A stretch of DNA of 44,224 nt. Origin: a virus. Its lineage: Duplodnaviria; Caudoviricetes. The DNA is taken from positions 1 to 44,224 of IMG/VR virus record IMGVR_UViG_3300012920_000078, one strand, 5' to 3'. Numbering within the stretch: position 1 is the stretch's first letter; every line of letters starts with the position of its first letter. This document shows, piece after piece, positions 1-6,980 of the stretch. A model generated the notes under the pieces. That model did no database searches. It was not told the origin of the DNA and worked only from the letters and a program-made list of their open reading frames with translations. A program made the translations under genes and the position numbers.

Positions 1-210
1 ATAAAAACATCATCTGGGCTTTTACTTTCTTCAGAAGACGCAAATCAATTAAGATACAAAAAAGGGATAGTGGTAAAACCAGGGACTGATGTCGATGTTA
101 TAAAAGAAGGAGATAATATTTATTACGATAAACGTGCTGGGTATACTATGTTGATTGAAGGTAAAGCTTATACAATCATATCTCAGAATGATGTCGTTGT
201 TGTTTTATAA
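1..210 (+). CDS. groES: GroES/Cpn10 co-chaperonin (5' truncated by window edge)
   Basis: Not in the ORF track. Frame 1 reads IKTSSGLLLSSEDANQLRYKKGIVVKPGTDVDVIKEGDNIYYDKRAGYTMLIEGKAYTIISQNDVVVVL*. It matches GroES hallmarks: mobile loop KTxxGxxL, (V/I)KxGDxVxxxKYAG and C-terminal IIxxxDIxxV. Confidence 0.85.
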   Translation: MKTSSGLLLSSEDANQLRYKKGIVVKPGTDVDVIKEGDNIYYDKRAGYTMLIEGKAYTIISQNDVVVVL

Positions 211-610
211 ATTTATTCATATCTTTAATCATGTTTTTATAAACTCTATCCGTATAGGATACGTTTTTTAAGAACAATGGATTTTGACTTGGGGAAGTAG
301 GTATTTCTTCCCCATTTAGTTTTTTATAAACAGAGTTTATCACACGTTTGCTTTTGTAAGACAAACAATACAAAGTTTTCGATTTACCTGTTCTTTTTCT
401 AAAAACCTGTATCCAACCATCTCTTTGAAGTCTTTCAAATCTAGATTTATCCCAACTAAGAAGTTTGCTGAACTCTAAAAATTTATCTTTACCAAAATAA
501 GATTCAGTCTTTAAAAAAAGCAATGTTTCTATATCTGCTGTGGTTAATTTGTATTTAGCACGAATAAAATATCTTATTACTCTCCAATACTTCAGGTAGT
601 CAGATTGCAT
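176..610 (-). CDS. Hypothetical protein, possible MarR-like winged-helix DNA-binding protein
   Basis: 144-aa basic ORF. 'KYKLTTADIETLLFL...RFERLQRDGWIQVFRKRTGKSKTLYCLSYKSKRVI' resembles the MarR wHTH pattern (Lt..e..lL..L ... l..L...G.i.r......r..y.lT..g). Its 3' end overlaps groES convergently. Confidence 0.55.
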   Translation of the reverse strand: MQSDYLKYWRVIRYFIRAKYKLTTADIETLLFLKTESYFGKDKFLEFSKLLSWDKSRFERLQRDGWIQVFRKRTGKSKTLYCLSYKSKRVINSVYKKLNGEEIPTSPSQNPLFLKNVSYTDRVYKNMIKDMNKFIKQQRHHSEI

Positions 611-624
611 TGAATTTTATTTAT

Positions 625-632
625 TAAATTTG
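625..632 (+). promoter_or_regulatory. Bacteroidota housekeeping-sigma -7 promoter box (TAAATTTG)
   Basis: Matches the TAnnTTTG consensus, is intergenic, and lies about 28 nt before ATG 660. Confidence 0.6.
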
Positions 633-659
633 CATAAAGATATTTATTTAATATTTACA

Positions 660-1034
660 ATGAAAATAATGAACGGAAATAGGGATATAAGACATTACGT
701 AGGGGCAGTAGGAGTTTTTTTACTTGTAATATTATTACTACTGTTTTTATCGTTTCACCAAATACCAGCCGACAACAAAGACATTTTCGTATCTATAACG
801 GGTATGATAGTGGGCTCATTGTCTGTTGTTATATACGCAGTCATTGGAAAAAACCCAGATGAAGTGGCACAACTACAAAAGAAAAATCAATCTTTACAAT
901 CTTTGTGTGACCAAATGGAAAAAAGAAATGACCAACTAGAGGCTATGATTATTAAAATACAAGAAGATATTATTGATAAACTTACCCTTCTAGGAGCTTC
1001 AGCTTTTGATACAATCTATAACAAAAAAAAATAA
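660..1034 (+). CDS. Two-TM membrane protein with C-terminal coiled coil (holin-like candidate)
   Basis: Two hydrophobic segments (YVGAVGVFLLVILLLLFLSF; IFVSITGMIVGSLSVVIYAVIG) followed by a heptad-rich tail. Start moved from TTG 630 to ATG 660, which lies downstream of the promoter box. Confidence 0.6.
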   Translation: MKIMNGNRDIRHYVGAVGVFLLVILLLLFLSFHQIPADNKDIFVSITGMIVGSLSVVIYAVIGKNPDEVAQLQKKNQSLQSLCDQMEKRNDQLEAMIIKIQEDIIDKLTLLGASAFDTIYNKKK

Positions 1035-1037
1035 ATT

Positions 1038-1202
1038 ATGCCTACAGTAACATATAAATGCATGGATAGCGGAAAAACTAAAACTAAAAAATTTCCCTAT
1101 AATGCAGTTGGCAGACCTCAAGCAGTAGAGTTTGCTAATTTGATGAATGGAAAAATTAGTATGAACCCAGATAAACAAAAAACAGAAACAGGTGGCTACT
1201 AA
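1038..1202 (+). CDS. Small hypothetical protein (54 aa)
   Basis: MPTVTYKCMDSGKTKTKKFPYNAVGRPQAVEFANLMNGKISMNPDKQKTETGGY*. Starts 3 nt after the previous stop and tiles with its neighbours. Confidence 0.6.
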   Translation: MPTVTYKCMDSGKTKTKKFPYNAVGRPQAVEFANLMNGKISMNPDKQKTETGGY

Positions 1203-1347
1203 AAGACGAAAAAAAAAAGGAAATAAAATTTGCCCCGCTGGCATTGCATGGGCCAAGCGTACTTTTGACAAGTACCCTTCTGCTTATGCAAATATGGCCG
1301 CAAGTAAATATTGTAAAGACCCTAACTACGCAAAAAAATCTAAATAA
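1192..1347 (+). CDS. Small basic protein with YPSAYAN motif (resembles N-terminal half of DUF5872-type viral proteins)
   Basis: GTG start; MATKRRKKKGNKICPAGIAWAKRTFDKYPSAYANMAASKYCKDPNYAKKSK*. I recall the K.YPSAYA motif from viral DUF5872-like proteins. Confidence 0.6.
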   Translation: MATKRRKKKGNKICPAGIAWAKRTFDKYPSAYANMAASKYCKDPNYAKKSK

Positions 1348-1348
1348 A

Positions 1349-1468
1349 ATGGATGCAAAAAAACTTAGAGAAATAGCTTCGCAGCTTAGAAAAGCTTCAG
1401 CTATGCACAAAGGTCAAGCTGTAAAGATTGACAAAATGTTAAAAAATTTAAAATCTAAAAAGAAATGA
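1349..1468 (+). CDS. Small basic helical protein (39 aa)
   Basis: MDAKKLREIASQLRKASAMHKGQAVKIDKMLKNLKSKKK*. This is the C-terminal part of track ORF 1244..1468, and ATG 1349 follows the stop at 1347. Confidence 0.6.
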   Translation: MDAKKLREIASQLRKASAMHKGQAVKIDKMLKNLKSKKK

Positions 1469-1581
1469 GTAAACTAACTAATAGGCAAAAAAAAATAGCT
1501 AAAGCAGCTCCACCATATAATAAAATTACTGGAGCTGACTTCAAAGCTTTGAAAAGGAAGAAAAAATATGGGAGAGCTTAA
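1465..1581 (+). CDS. Small basic protein (38 aa)
   Basis: ATGA overlap with the previous gene; MSKLTNRQKKIAKAAPPYNKITGADFKALKRKKKYGRA*. Confidence 0.6.
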   Translation: MSKLTNRQKKIAKAAPPYNKITGADFKALKRKKKYGRA

Positions 1582-1804
1582 AAAATGGCGAGACCAAAAA
1601 TGGGTTAGGATTGGAACAGATGGTAAAATTAAAGGCCCTTGTGGTACTAGTAAAAATAAAAAAAATCCTGACAGGTGTCTTCCTTTGGCTAAAGCTAGAA
1701 GATTATCCAAAAAAGCATTGGCTGCTACAGCCAAAAAGAAAAAAGCTGCGGGTAGACGTGGTAAACAATTTGTAAGAAACACTAGAACAGTAAGAAGCGC
1801 ATAA
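1568..1804 (+). CDS. Small basic protein (resembles C-terminal half of DUF5872-type viral proteins)
   Basis: MGELKKWRDQKWVRI...GPCG...PDRCLPLAKA... shows the L.KW..qKWV / PCG / CLP pattern. Confidence 0.65.
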   Translation: MGELKKWRDQKWVRIGTDGKIKGPCGTSKNKKNPDRCLPLAKARRLSKKALAATAKKKKAAGRRGKQFVRNTRTVRSA

Positions 1805-2094
1805 TGGCAAATAAAAGTAAAATGTCCTGCAACAAAGTTGTTGCTTCTGATAGACCAGGTAAAAAGAAAATGGTGAAGGCTTGCCAGGGTGGAAAAGAGA
1901 AGCTAATACACTTTGGTGCAAAAGGATATGGTCACAATTATTCTGCTGCTGCTAGGAAATCTTTTCGAGCTAGACATAAATGTAGTACGGCTAGTTCAAA
2001 ATTTACAGCTAGGTATTGGGCTTGTAAAAAATTATGGTCAGGCCCAGGTGGTTCTACAAAAAGTTCACCAAAAAATAGGCAAGGAAAATATTAG
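1804..2094 (+). CDS. Basic protein of the 'IHFG..GY...R.SFRARHKC' viral family (DUF5754-like)
   Basis: Contains SDRPGKKKMVK...KLIHFGAKGY...RKSFRARHKC...ARYWACKKLW; TAATG coupling to the previous gene. Confidence 0.7.
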   Translation: MANKSKMSCNKVVASDRPGKKKMVKACQGGKEKLIHFGAKGYGHNYSAAARKSFRARHKCSTASSKFTARYWACKKLWSGPGGSTKSSPKNRQGKY

Positions 2095-2102
2095 TATATT
2101 TG
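2095..2102 (+). promoter_or_regulatory. Bacteroidota -7 promoter box (TATATTTG)
   Basis: TAnnTTTG in the intergenic gap, 18 nt before ATG 2121. Confidence 0.6.
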
Positions 2103-2120
2103 TATATAAATTTTAGAATT

Positions 2121-2318
2121 ATGAAACAAGGGTACAACGCAAGATTAGATGAGTCGTTAGGCAACAAGCATAAAGGTGCTCATTCGCAAAGCTATAAAGA
2201 TAGAAGAGACGAAAGTAAAGCTATGGAAAAAAAGAGACATGGTCATGCTTACGGTAGTGATGATGGAATGTCTTACAGACATGTTTATCACTATAAAACT
2301 CATAATCATTTAAAATAA
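2121..2318 (+). CDS. Small His/Lys-rich hypothetical protein
   Basis: MKQGYNARLDESLGNKHKGAHSQSYKDRRDESKAMEKKRHGHAY...; ATG 2121 preferred to TTG 2100, which overlaps the promoter box. Confidence 0.65.
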   Translation: MKQGYNARLDESLGNKHKGAHSQSYKDRRDESKAMEKKRHGHAYGSDDGMSYRHVYHYKTHNHLK

Positions 2319-2425
2319 TGAAAAAAATATTAGAAAATATAAAATGCAGTTGGAACAAAGTTCTTTTGTTTTTATCTTTTACTATGAACACGTGTGAAAA
2401 TAATATTTGCACATGCAAAAGGTAA
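2318..2425 (+). CDS. Small Cys-containing hypothetical peptide (35 aa)
   Basis: TAATG coupling; MKKILENIKCSWNKVLLFLSFTMNTCENNICTCKR*. Confidence 0.5.
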   Translation: MKKILENIKCSWNKVLLFLSFTMNTCENNICTCKR

Positions 2426-2577
2426 AATCAATAGGATTAGGTGACAGCATTCATAAGTTAACCACAGCTACAGGTATAAAAGCAGTAGTAGATAAAGTAT
2501 CTAAAATTACTGGAAAACCATGTGGCTGTGAAGAAAGAAGAGATAGTTTAAATAGAATGTTCCCTTATAAAAGATAA
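2413..2577 (+). CDS. Small conserved phage protein, GLGD...CGC..R...LN family (54 aa)
   Basis: MQKVKSIGLGDSIHKLTTATGIKAVVDKVSKITGKPCGCEERRDSLNRMFPYKR*. I recognise this motif pattern from aquatic phages. Confidence 0.75.
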   Translation: MQKVKSIGLGDSIHKLTTATGIKAVVDKVSKITGKPCGCEERRDSLNRMFPYKR

Positions 2578-2580
2578 AAT

Positions 2581-2850
2581 ATGGCGTATCAAAAATTACA
2601 AGCAGGAAGAGCAGCAGCCGTTACACCAAGCGATACAGCTGACATACCAAGTGTGTCTACTGACCCAGGAGCTGGGAAAAATAACGGGTGTGTATTATTT
2701 GTTGGAGGCGCTGGAAATTTAAAAGTAAAAACAATTGGTGGTGATGAAGTTACATTTAGCAATATAAACACAGGAGCATTTATTCCTGTACAAGTAGTTA
2801 GAGTATTTGCAACTGGAACAACAGCTACCAATATATTAGCATTATGGTAA
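2581..2850 (+). CDS. Head spike base protein (RcGTA Rcc01079-like family)
   Basis: AVTPSDTAD...LFVGGAGNLKV...VTFSNI..G.FIPVQVVRVFATGTTATNILALW matches the characteristic signature of the Rcc01079 spike-base family. Confidence 0.85.
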   Translation: MAYQKLQAGRAAAVTPSDTADIPSVSTDPGAGKNNGCVLFVGGAGNLKVKTIGGDEVTFSNINTGAFIPVQVVRVFATGTTATNILALW

Positions 2851-2869
2851 TCACAATTTGTATTAGTTT

Positions 2870-3019
2870 ATGATAGGTGGATTATCAATTATTATTGGAA
2901 ATATTATTGGTTCAAACATAGAACCACAAAGACCTCCAATAGGTAGTGAAGAAATAATAACAGAACTAAACATTCAAATGGTAAGTGAACTTAATATAGA
3001 AGATTTAATAACAGAATAA
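2870..3019 (+). CDS. 49-aa putative spike/fibre adaptor peptide with ITE repeats
   Basis: Not in the ORF track. MIGGLSIIIGNIIGSNIEPQRPPIGSEEIITELNIQMVSELNIEDLITE* fills the gap between the spike base and the fibre gene. Confidence 0.7.
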   Translation: MIGGLSIIIGNIIGSNIEPQRPPIGSEEIITELNIQMVSELNIEDLITE

Positions 3020-3020
3020 A

Positions 3021-3698
3021 ATGGCAGTAAAATTTTCACAATTTACATCGGGCTCAACGGTAAGCGACATTGATTTTTTAGTAGGATATAAAGCTTCCGA
3101 TAATGTGCAAATACCAATTGGATTGGTGTCTGCCAACACCACATACGGTATATCTACATCACAAAGTGGAGATAACGTAAACGTTACATTAACAGGTTCG
3201 GATTCTACAACAGACTCAGTGCTTATAACAAAAGGTAGTAATATAACTTTAACCGAGGACGGTGCAGGTAATGGATTTACTATTGCTTCCACAGCGGCAG
3301 GAGACACTTACACCTTGGGCGCTGGAACAAAAGCAGGCTCTAGTGTACCATTACAATTAGACGCAGCAACTGGAAGTGATTCTACTGTAAACCTAACAGA
3401 AGGTTCAGGAATAACTTTAACACAAACTTCAGGCACAGAAATAACAATTGCTAGCAGTGGTGGTGGATTTGGGTCAATAAATCAATTTACAGGAACAGGC
3501 TCCTCATTAGGGGCGTTAGCTTTGAGCTCAACTCCAACAGCTGCACAAAACTGCTTAGTTAGTATAAGTGGAGTTTGGCAAAATTATTTAGACTCTTCTG
3601 GCGCAGCCAACTGGACTGTTTCATCAAATAATTTAACATTCGCATTTAACCCACCTGTTACAGCAGCTAATGGTATACAGATAATAGTAATCTCATAA
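3021..3698 (+). CDS. Fibre/spike structural protein
   Basis: G/S/T-rich. N-terminal MAVKFSQF, two internal repeats (TTY...LTGSDSTTDSVLITKGSNITLT / DTY...LDAATGSDSTVNLTEGSGITLT), and a C-terminal FTGTGS..LSSTP..VSISGVWQ beta-domain. Confidence 0.75.
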   Translation: MAVKFSQFTSGSTVSDIDFLVGYKASDNVQIPIGLVSANTTYGISTSQSGDNVNVTLTGSDSTTDSVLITKGSNITLTEDGAGNGFTIASTAAGDTYTLGAGTKAGSSVPLQLDAATGSDSTVNLTEGSGITLTQTSGTEITIASSGGGFGSINQFTGTGSSLGALALSSTPTAAQNCLVSISGVWQNYLDSSGAANWTVSSNNLTFAFNPPVTAANGIQIIVIS

Positions 3699-3709
3699 AA
3701 TAACACTCA

Positions 3710-4855
3710 ATGGCAGAAACCAAAGTAACTACTGATGTAATTGACTTGAGTGGCAACAACGGAGGATTAACATGGGCTCAAGGAACAGAAGCTCAAAGAC
3801 CAGGCTCACCAAATTCAGGTGATTTAAGAGAAAACACAGATTCAGATAGGGTAGAGGTTTACAACGGTTCTGATTGGAGAAACTTAAAAGAAGAAGACCC
3901 ACAAACTAGTATCGACTATTTAATTGTAGGCGGTGGTGGCGGAGGCGGAGGCTGGTTTCGAGCAGGTGGCGGAGGGGCTGGAGGCTTACGTACCTCATAT
4001 GATGCCGCTGGTTCATCAAACCCTCCTTCTGGAGGTGGTGCAGCTAAAGAAACAACATTTACTACTTCTACAAACACGAATCTTACAGTAACAGTTGGTG
4101 CTGGAGGCCAAGGAGGTATTTACACACAAAATGGCACAAATGGCGGTGATTCTAAATTTGGAACTGTAGGTGCAGAAATAATTTCTAAGGGCGGTGGTGG
4201 CGGTTCTTATTATGGAACTGTTAATGCTAATGCAGGAGGCTCAGGTGGAGGTAGCGCTGGATTTACAAGTACAACAGGTACACCTGGTGCAGGAGAACCA
4301 AACCAAGGTTTTGCTGGAGGCCAAGGGAATAACGGAAATCCACAATCTGGTGGTGGAGGTGGTGGCGCTGGAGCAGTAGGACAAGCTGGTGGTAACGCAG
4401 CAACCTCTGGAGACGGTGGTGATGGAGTAAAAAGTCTTATATTAAGTTACACAAACGCTGGCCCACTCCAAGCTAATGTAGGTCAACAAATAGGTGGAAC
4501 AGAAGTTTGGTATGCAGGCGGTGGAGGTTCTGGTAGTTACGAACAAGGAAATGACTCAACACCAGGTAAAGGTGGTGGTGGAGAAGGTGGTTATAATTTA
4601 AATCCTCCCCCCTATCCTGATGGAGTTAATGGTACAGATGGCACAGGCGGTGGAGGCGGAGGTTCTGCTGGTAGCACGGGTAATGCGGGTACTGGTGGTA
4701 ATGGAGGCTCTGGTGTAGTAATATTAAGATACTCAGGTGTAAGCTTAACGGTTGTTTCAGGTAATTTACAACAAGCTAATAATTCACCTTTTACTGAAGG
4801 CAGTGACACGGTATCAGTTTTTGTATCTGGTGATGGAATAGTTAAATTTACTTAA
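3710..4855 (+). CDS. Glycine-rich (polyglycine-II type) fibre/receptor-binding protein 1
   Basis: N-terminal module GTEAQRPGSP..GDLRENTD..RVEVYNGSDW, then DYLIVGGGGGGG...GGGGAGG...YAGGGG...GGSGVVILRY, the typical phage glycine-rich domain. Confidence 0.8.
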   Translation: MAETKVTTDVIDLSGNNGGLTWAQGTEAQRPGSPNSGDLRENTDSDRVEVYNGSDWRNLKEEDPQTSIDYLIVGGGGGGGGWFRAGGGGAGGLRTSYDAAGSSNPPSGGGAAKETTFTTSTNTNLTVTVGAGGQGGIYTQNGTNGGDSKFGTVGAEIISKGGGGGSYYGTVNANAGGSGGGSAGFTSTTGTPGAGEPNQGFAGGQGNNGNPQSGGGGGGAGAVGQAGGNAATSGDGGDGVKSLILSYTNAGPLQANVGQQIGGTEVWYAGGGGSGSYEQGNDSTPGKGGGGEGGYNLNPPPYPDGVNGTDGTGGGGGGSAGSTGNAGTGGNGGSGVVILRYSGVSLTVVSGNLQQANNSPFTEGSDTVSVFVSGDGIVKFT

Positions 4856-4856
4856 T

Positions 4857-5825
4857 ATGGCACATTACGCAAAAATATCAAATGCAGAGTTTACAGTTAG
4901 TGAAAGAGCTAGGCTTTTAGAGGCTGACCAAGAAAGGAATGTTATAATTGAAAATAATATCTCCTCACAAGAGTATGAAGATTTAAAGGAAATTTACGAC
5001 AATACTTTTACCTCACCTACCCTTGAAACATTACAATCAGAATTGGATGAATTACAATCACAACTTTCTCCCAATTATCCAGAGGAAAAAAACGAGCAGC
5101 TACTCGAAGATATTTCTGATAAACTTGCAGAAATAGATGTTGAAAAAAAAGCATTAGTCCCAGCACAAGAAGAAGCTTTGGCTAATTTAAATGCTAAAGA
5201 ATTAGAAGGAACTTCTGATTTAGATGAAGAAATTAATTCATTAAATGAAACTATAAAAAATGCTCTTTGTAGAGTAACAGATGTTATAACAGGAGTCGAT
5301 GAATATACATCTAGTGGAAATGAATATTTTGATGGAAATGATAATACAGAATATTGGGAGAGTGAATATGGGAACTCTAAAAGAACGTCATACAACACAA
5401 GAGCTGGAGTACACAAAAACGGAGGTACACCTTTTAGAAAAAATTACGCAGGTATAGGACATTTATACGACCCTGTCAGAGACGCTTTTTATTCAGAACA
5501 ACCATATCCTAGTTGGGTTCTTAATGAGGACACTTGTACTTGGGAAGCTCCAGAACCCCCACCTGGTGAAGCGGTTTGGAATGAAAAAACTTTAGAATGG
5601 GTAGATTATCCTAATAAACCTTTTAAAAGTTGGATACACGATACAAAAAAACCATCATGGAATGGTGATTATATTAACAATAATGAATTAACAGAAGGTT
5701 GGTATGCTCCTGTAAAGTGTCCTGATGAAGAATCTTTAAATGCAGAAAACCCAATATCTATGTATGTTTGGGATGAAAATAATATAAGTTGGAAAATTAA
5801 AGAATATAAACATGGCTCTGAATAA
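4857..5825 (+). CDS. MAHYA-family companion of Gly-rich fibres (possible fibre assembly factor), with acidic coiled-coil insertion
   Basis: MAHYAKI...KRTSYNT..G.H..GGTPFRKNYAGIG..YD..RDAF..EQPYPSW.LNE.TC.WEAP motif set. Confidence 0.75.
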   Translation: MAHYAKISNAEFTVSERARLLEADQERNVIIENNISSQEYEDLKEIYDNTFTSPTLETLQSELDELQSQLSPNYPEEKNEQLLEDISDKLAEIDVEKKALVPAQEEALANLNAKELEGTSDLDEEINSLNETIKNALCRVTDVITGVDEYTSSGNEYFDGNDNTEYWESEYGNSKRTSYNTRAGVHKNGGTPFRKNYAGIGHLYDPVRDAFYSEQPYPSWVLNEDTCTWEAPEPPPGEAVWNEKTLEWVDYPNKPFKSWIHDTKKPSWNGDYINNNELTEGWYAPVKCPDEESLNAENPISMYVWDENNISWKIKEYKHGSE

Positions 5826-6978
5826 AGTACGTGGGGAAATGGTCGATTTAAATTCGACAGGAAATACAAAAGCATTAAAAATGCCTAGCGGTACAGCATT
5901 TCCTAGTGGCGAAAACGCTGTTCAAGGGATGATAAGAAATGATAGTTCTCAAGAGTCAGCCACTTCTACAAGTGTGATGCAACACTTCAATGGTCAAAAT
6001 TGGAAGAATTTTGTAAATCTTACACCTCAAGCAACTTTTGAAGTACTGATGGCAGGCGGAGGCGGTGGAATTGGAACAGCTGCTGGGCCTGGAGGTGGAG
6101 GAGCTGGAGGTATTTTAACAGGAAGCTTAACAGTTGACAAAGGTACACAGATTGCCATAACGGTAGGTGATGGAGGTTCTGGAAATGTCTCTCAGACCTA
6201 TGCAACAGTAGGTGTTAGTGGGGATGATACAGTGCTTGCGATTAGTGGAGGGACTACATACACCGCAGACGGAGGCGGAGGCGGAGGCGCAAATAACAGC
6301 ACCTTAGGAAGCACACCTAGTGGAGGTTCTGGTGGTGGTAGTGGGGGTTATTATGGTAATAGCACTCAATCAGGACAAGGACTAGCTACTCAAACCAATC
6401 AAAATGGAAATGAAGGTAATTTAACAGGACACGGTAATAATGGAGGTGCTACAGCTGGTGTTGGAAATCCATGTTGTGCTTATACAGGCGCAGGTGGAGG
6501 AGGAGCAGGAACAGCAGGTACTTCTGCTGCAAACTCACCAGGGCCATACGCTGGAAGTGGAGGAGACGGTATTATTTCTACAATTTTGAGCACTTCAGAT
6601 GTTACAACTTATATTTCAGCCTCTTTAGTTGATGGTGGCAATGTGTATTTTGGTGGAGGTGGCGGAGGAGCTACACCATCCCAATATGCTGCTGGTGCAG
6701 GAGGAAAAGGTGGAGGAGGAGCTGGAGCTTCAGGTGCTTCTCCCACTGCAGGAAATAACGGTATAGATTATTCTGGAGGAGGCGCTGGTGGTGGTAATAA
6801 CTCAGTTACAGGTCTTTCTAACAGAGGAACAGGTGGTAAAGGTGTTGTCATCATAAGAGTACTGGAATCATCAAAAGGGACAGCAGCTAGTTCAGGAACT
6901 GTTGAAAGTTTTTTGGCTAGTGATAATAATAATTTTCGAATATTTATATTTAAAGATAGCGGAACATATACAGTATAA
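5812..6978 (+). CDS. Glycine-rich fibre/receptor-binding protein 2 (paralog of 3710..4855)
   Basis: Same architecture: MALNKV..LKMPSGT..GMIRND..FNGQNW followed by EVLMAGGGGG...YFGGGGGG...GGKGVVIIR. Confidence 0.8.
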   Translation: MALNKVRGEMVDLNSTGNTKALKMPSGTAFPSGENAVQGMIRNDSSQESATSTSVMQHFNGQNWKNFVNLTPQATFEVLMAGGGGGIGTAAGPGGGGAGGILTGSLTVDKGTQIAITVGDGGSGNVSQTYATVGVSGDDTVLAISGGTTYTADGGGGGGANNSTLGSTPSGGSGGGSGGYYGNSTQSGQGLATQTNQNGNEGNLTGHGNNGGATAGVGNPCCAYTGAGGGGAGTAGTSAANSPGPYAGSGGDGIISTILSTSDVTTYISASLVDGGNVYFGGGGGGATPSQYAAGAGGKGGGGAGASGASPTAGNNGIDYSGGGAGGGNNSVTGLSNRGTGGKGVVIIRVLESSKGTAASSGTVESFLASDNNNFRIFIFKDSGTYTV

Positions 6979-6980
6979 TT

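Noticed and set aside
2851-2860. TCACAATTTG as another -7 promoter box
   Set aside because: It lacks the TA dinucleotide at the consensus position.
3920-6850. GGT/GGA/GGC-rich tracts as collagen repeats or a DGR template/variable repeat pair
   Set aside because: The glycine runs are not Gly-X-Y periodic, the two paralogs are too diverged for a TR/VR pair, and no reverse transcriptase is present in the window.
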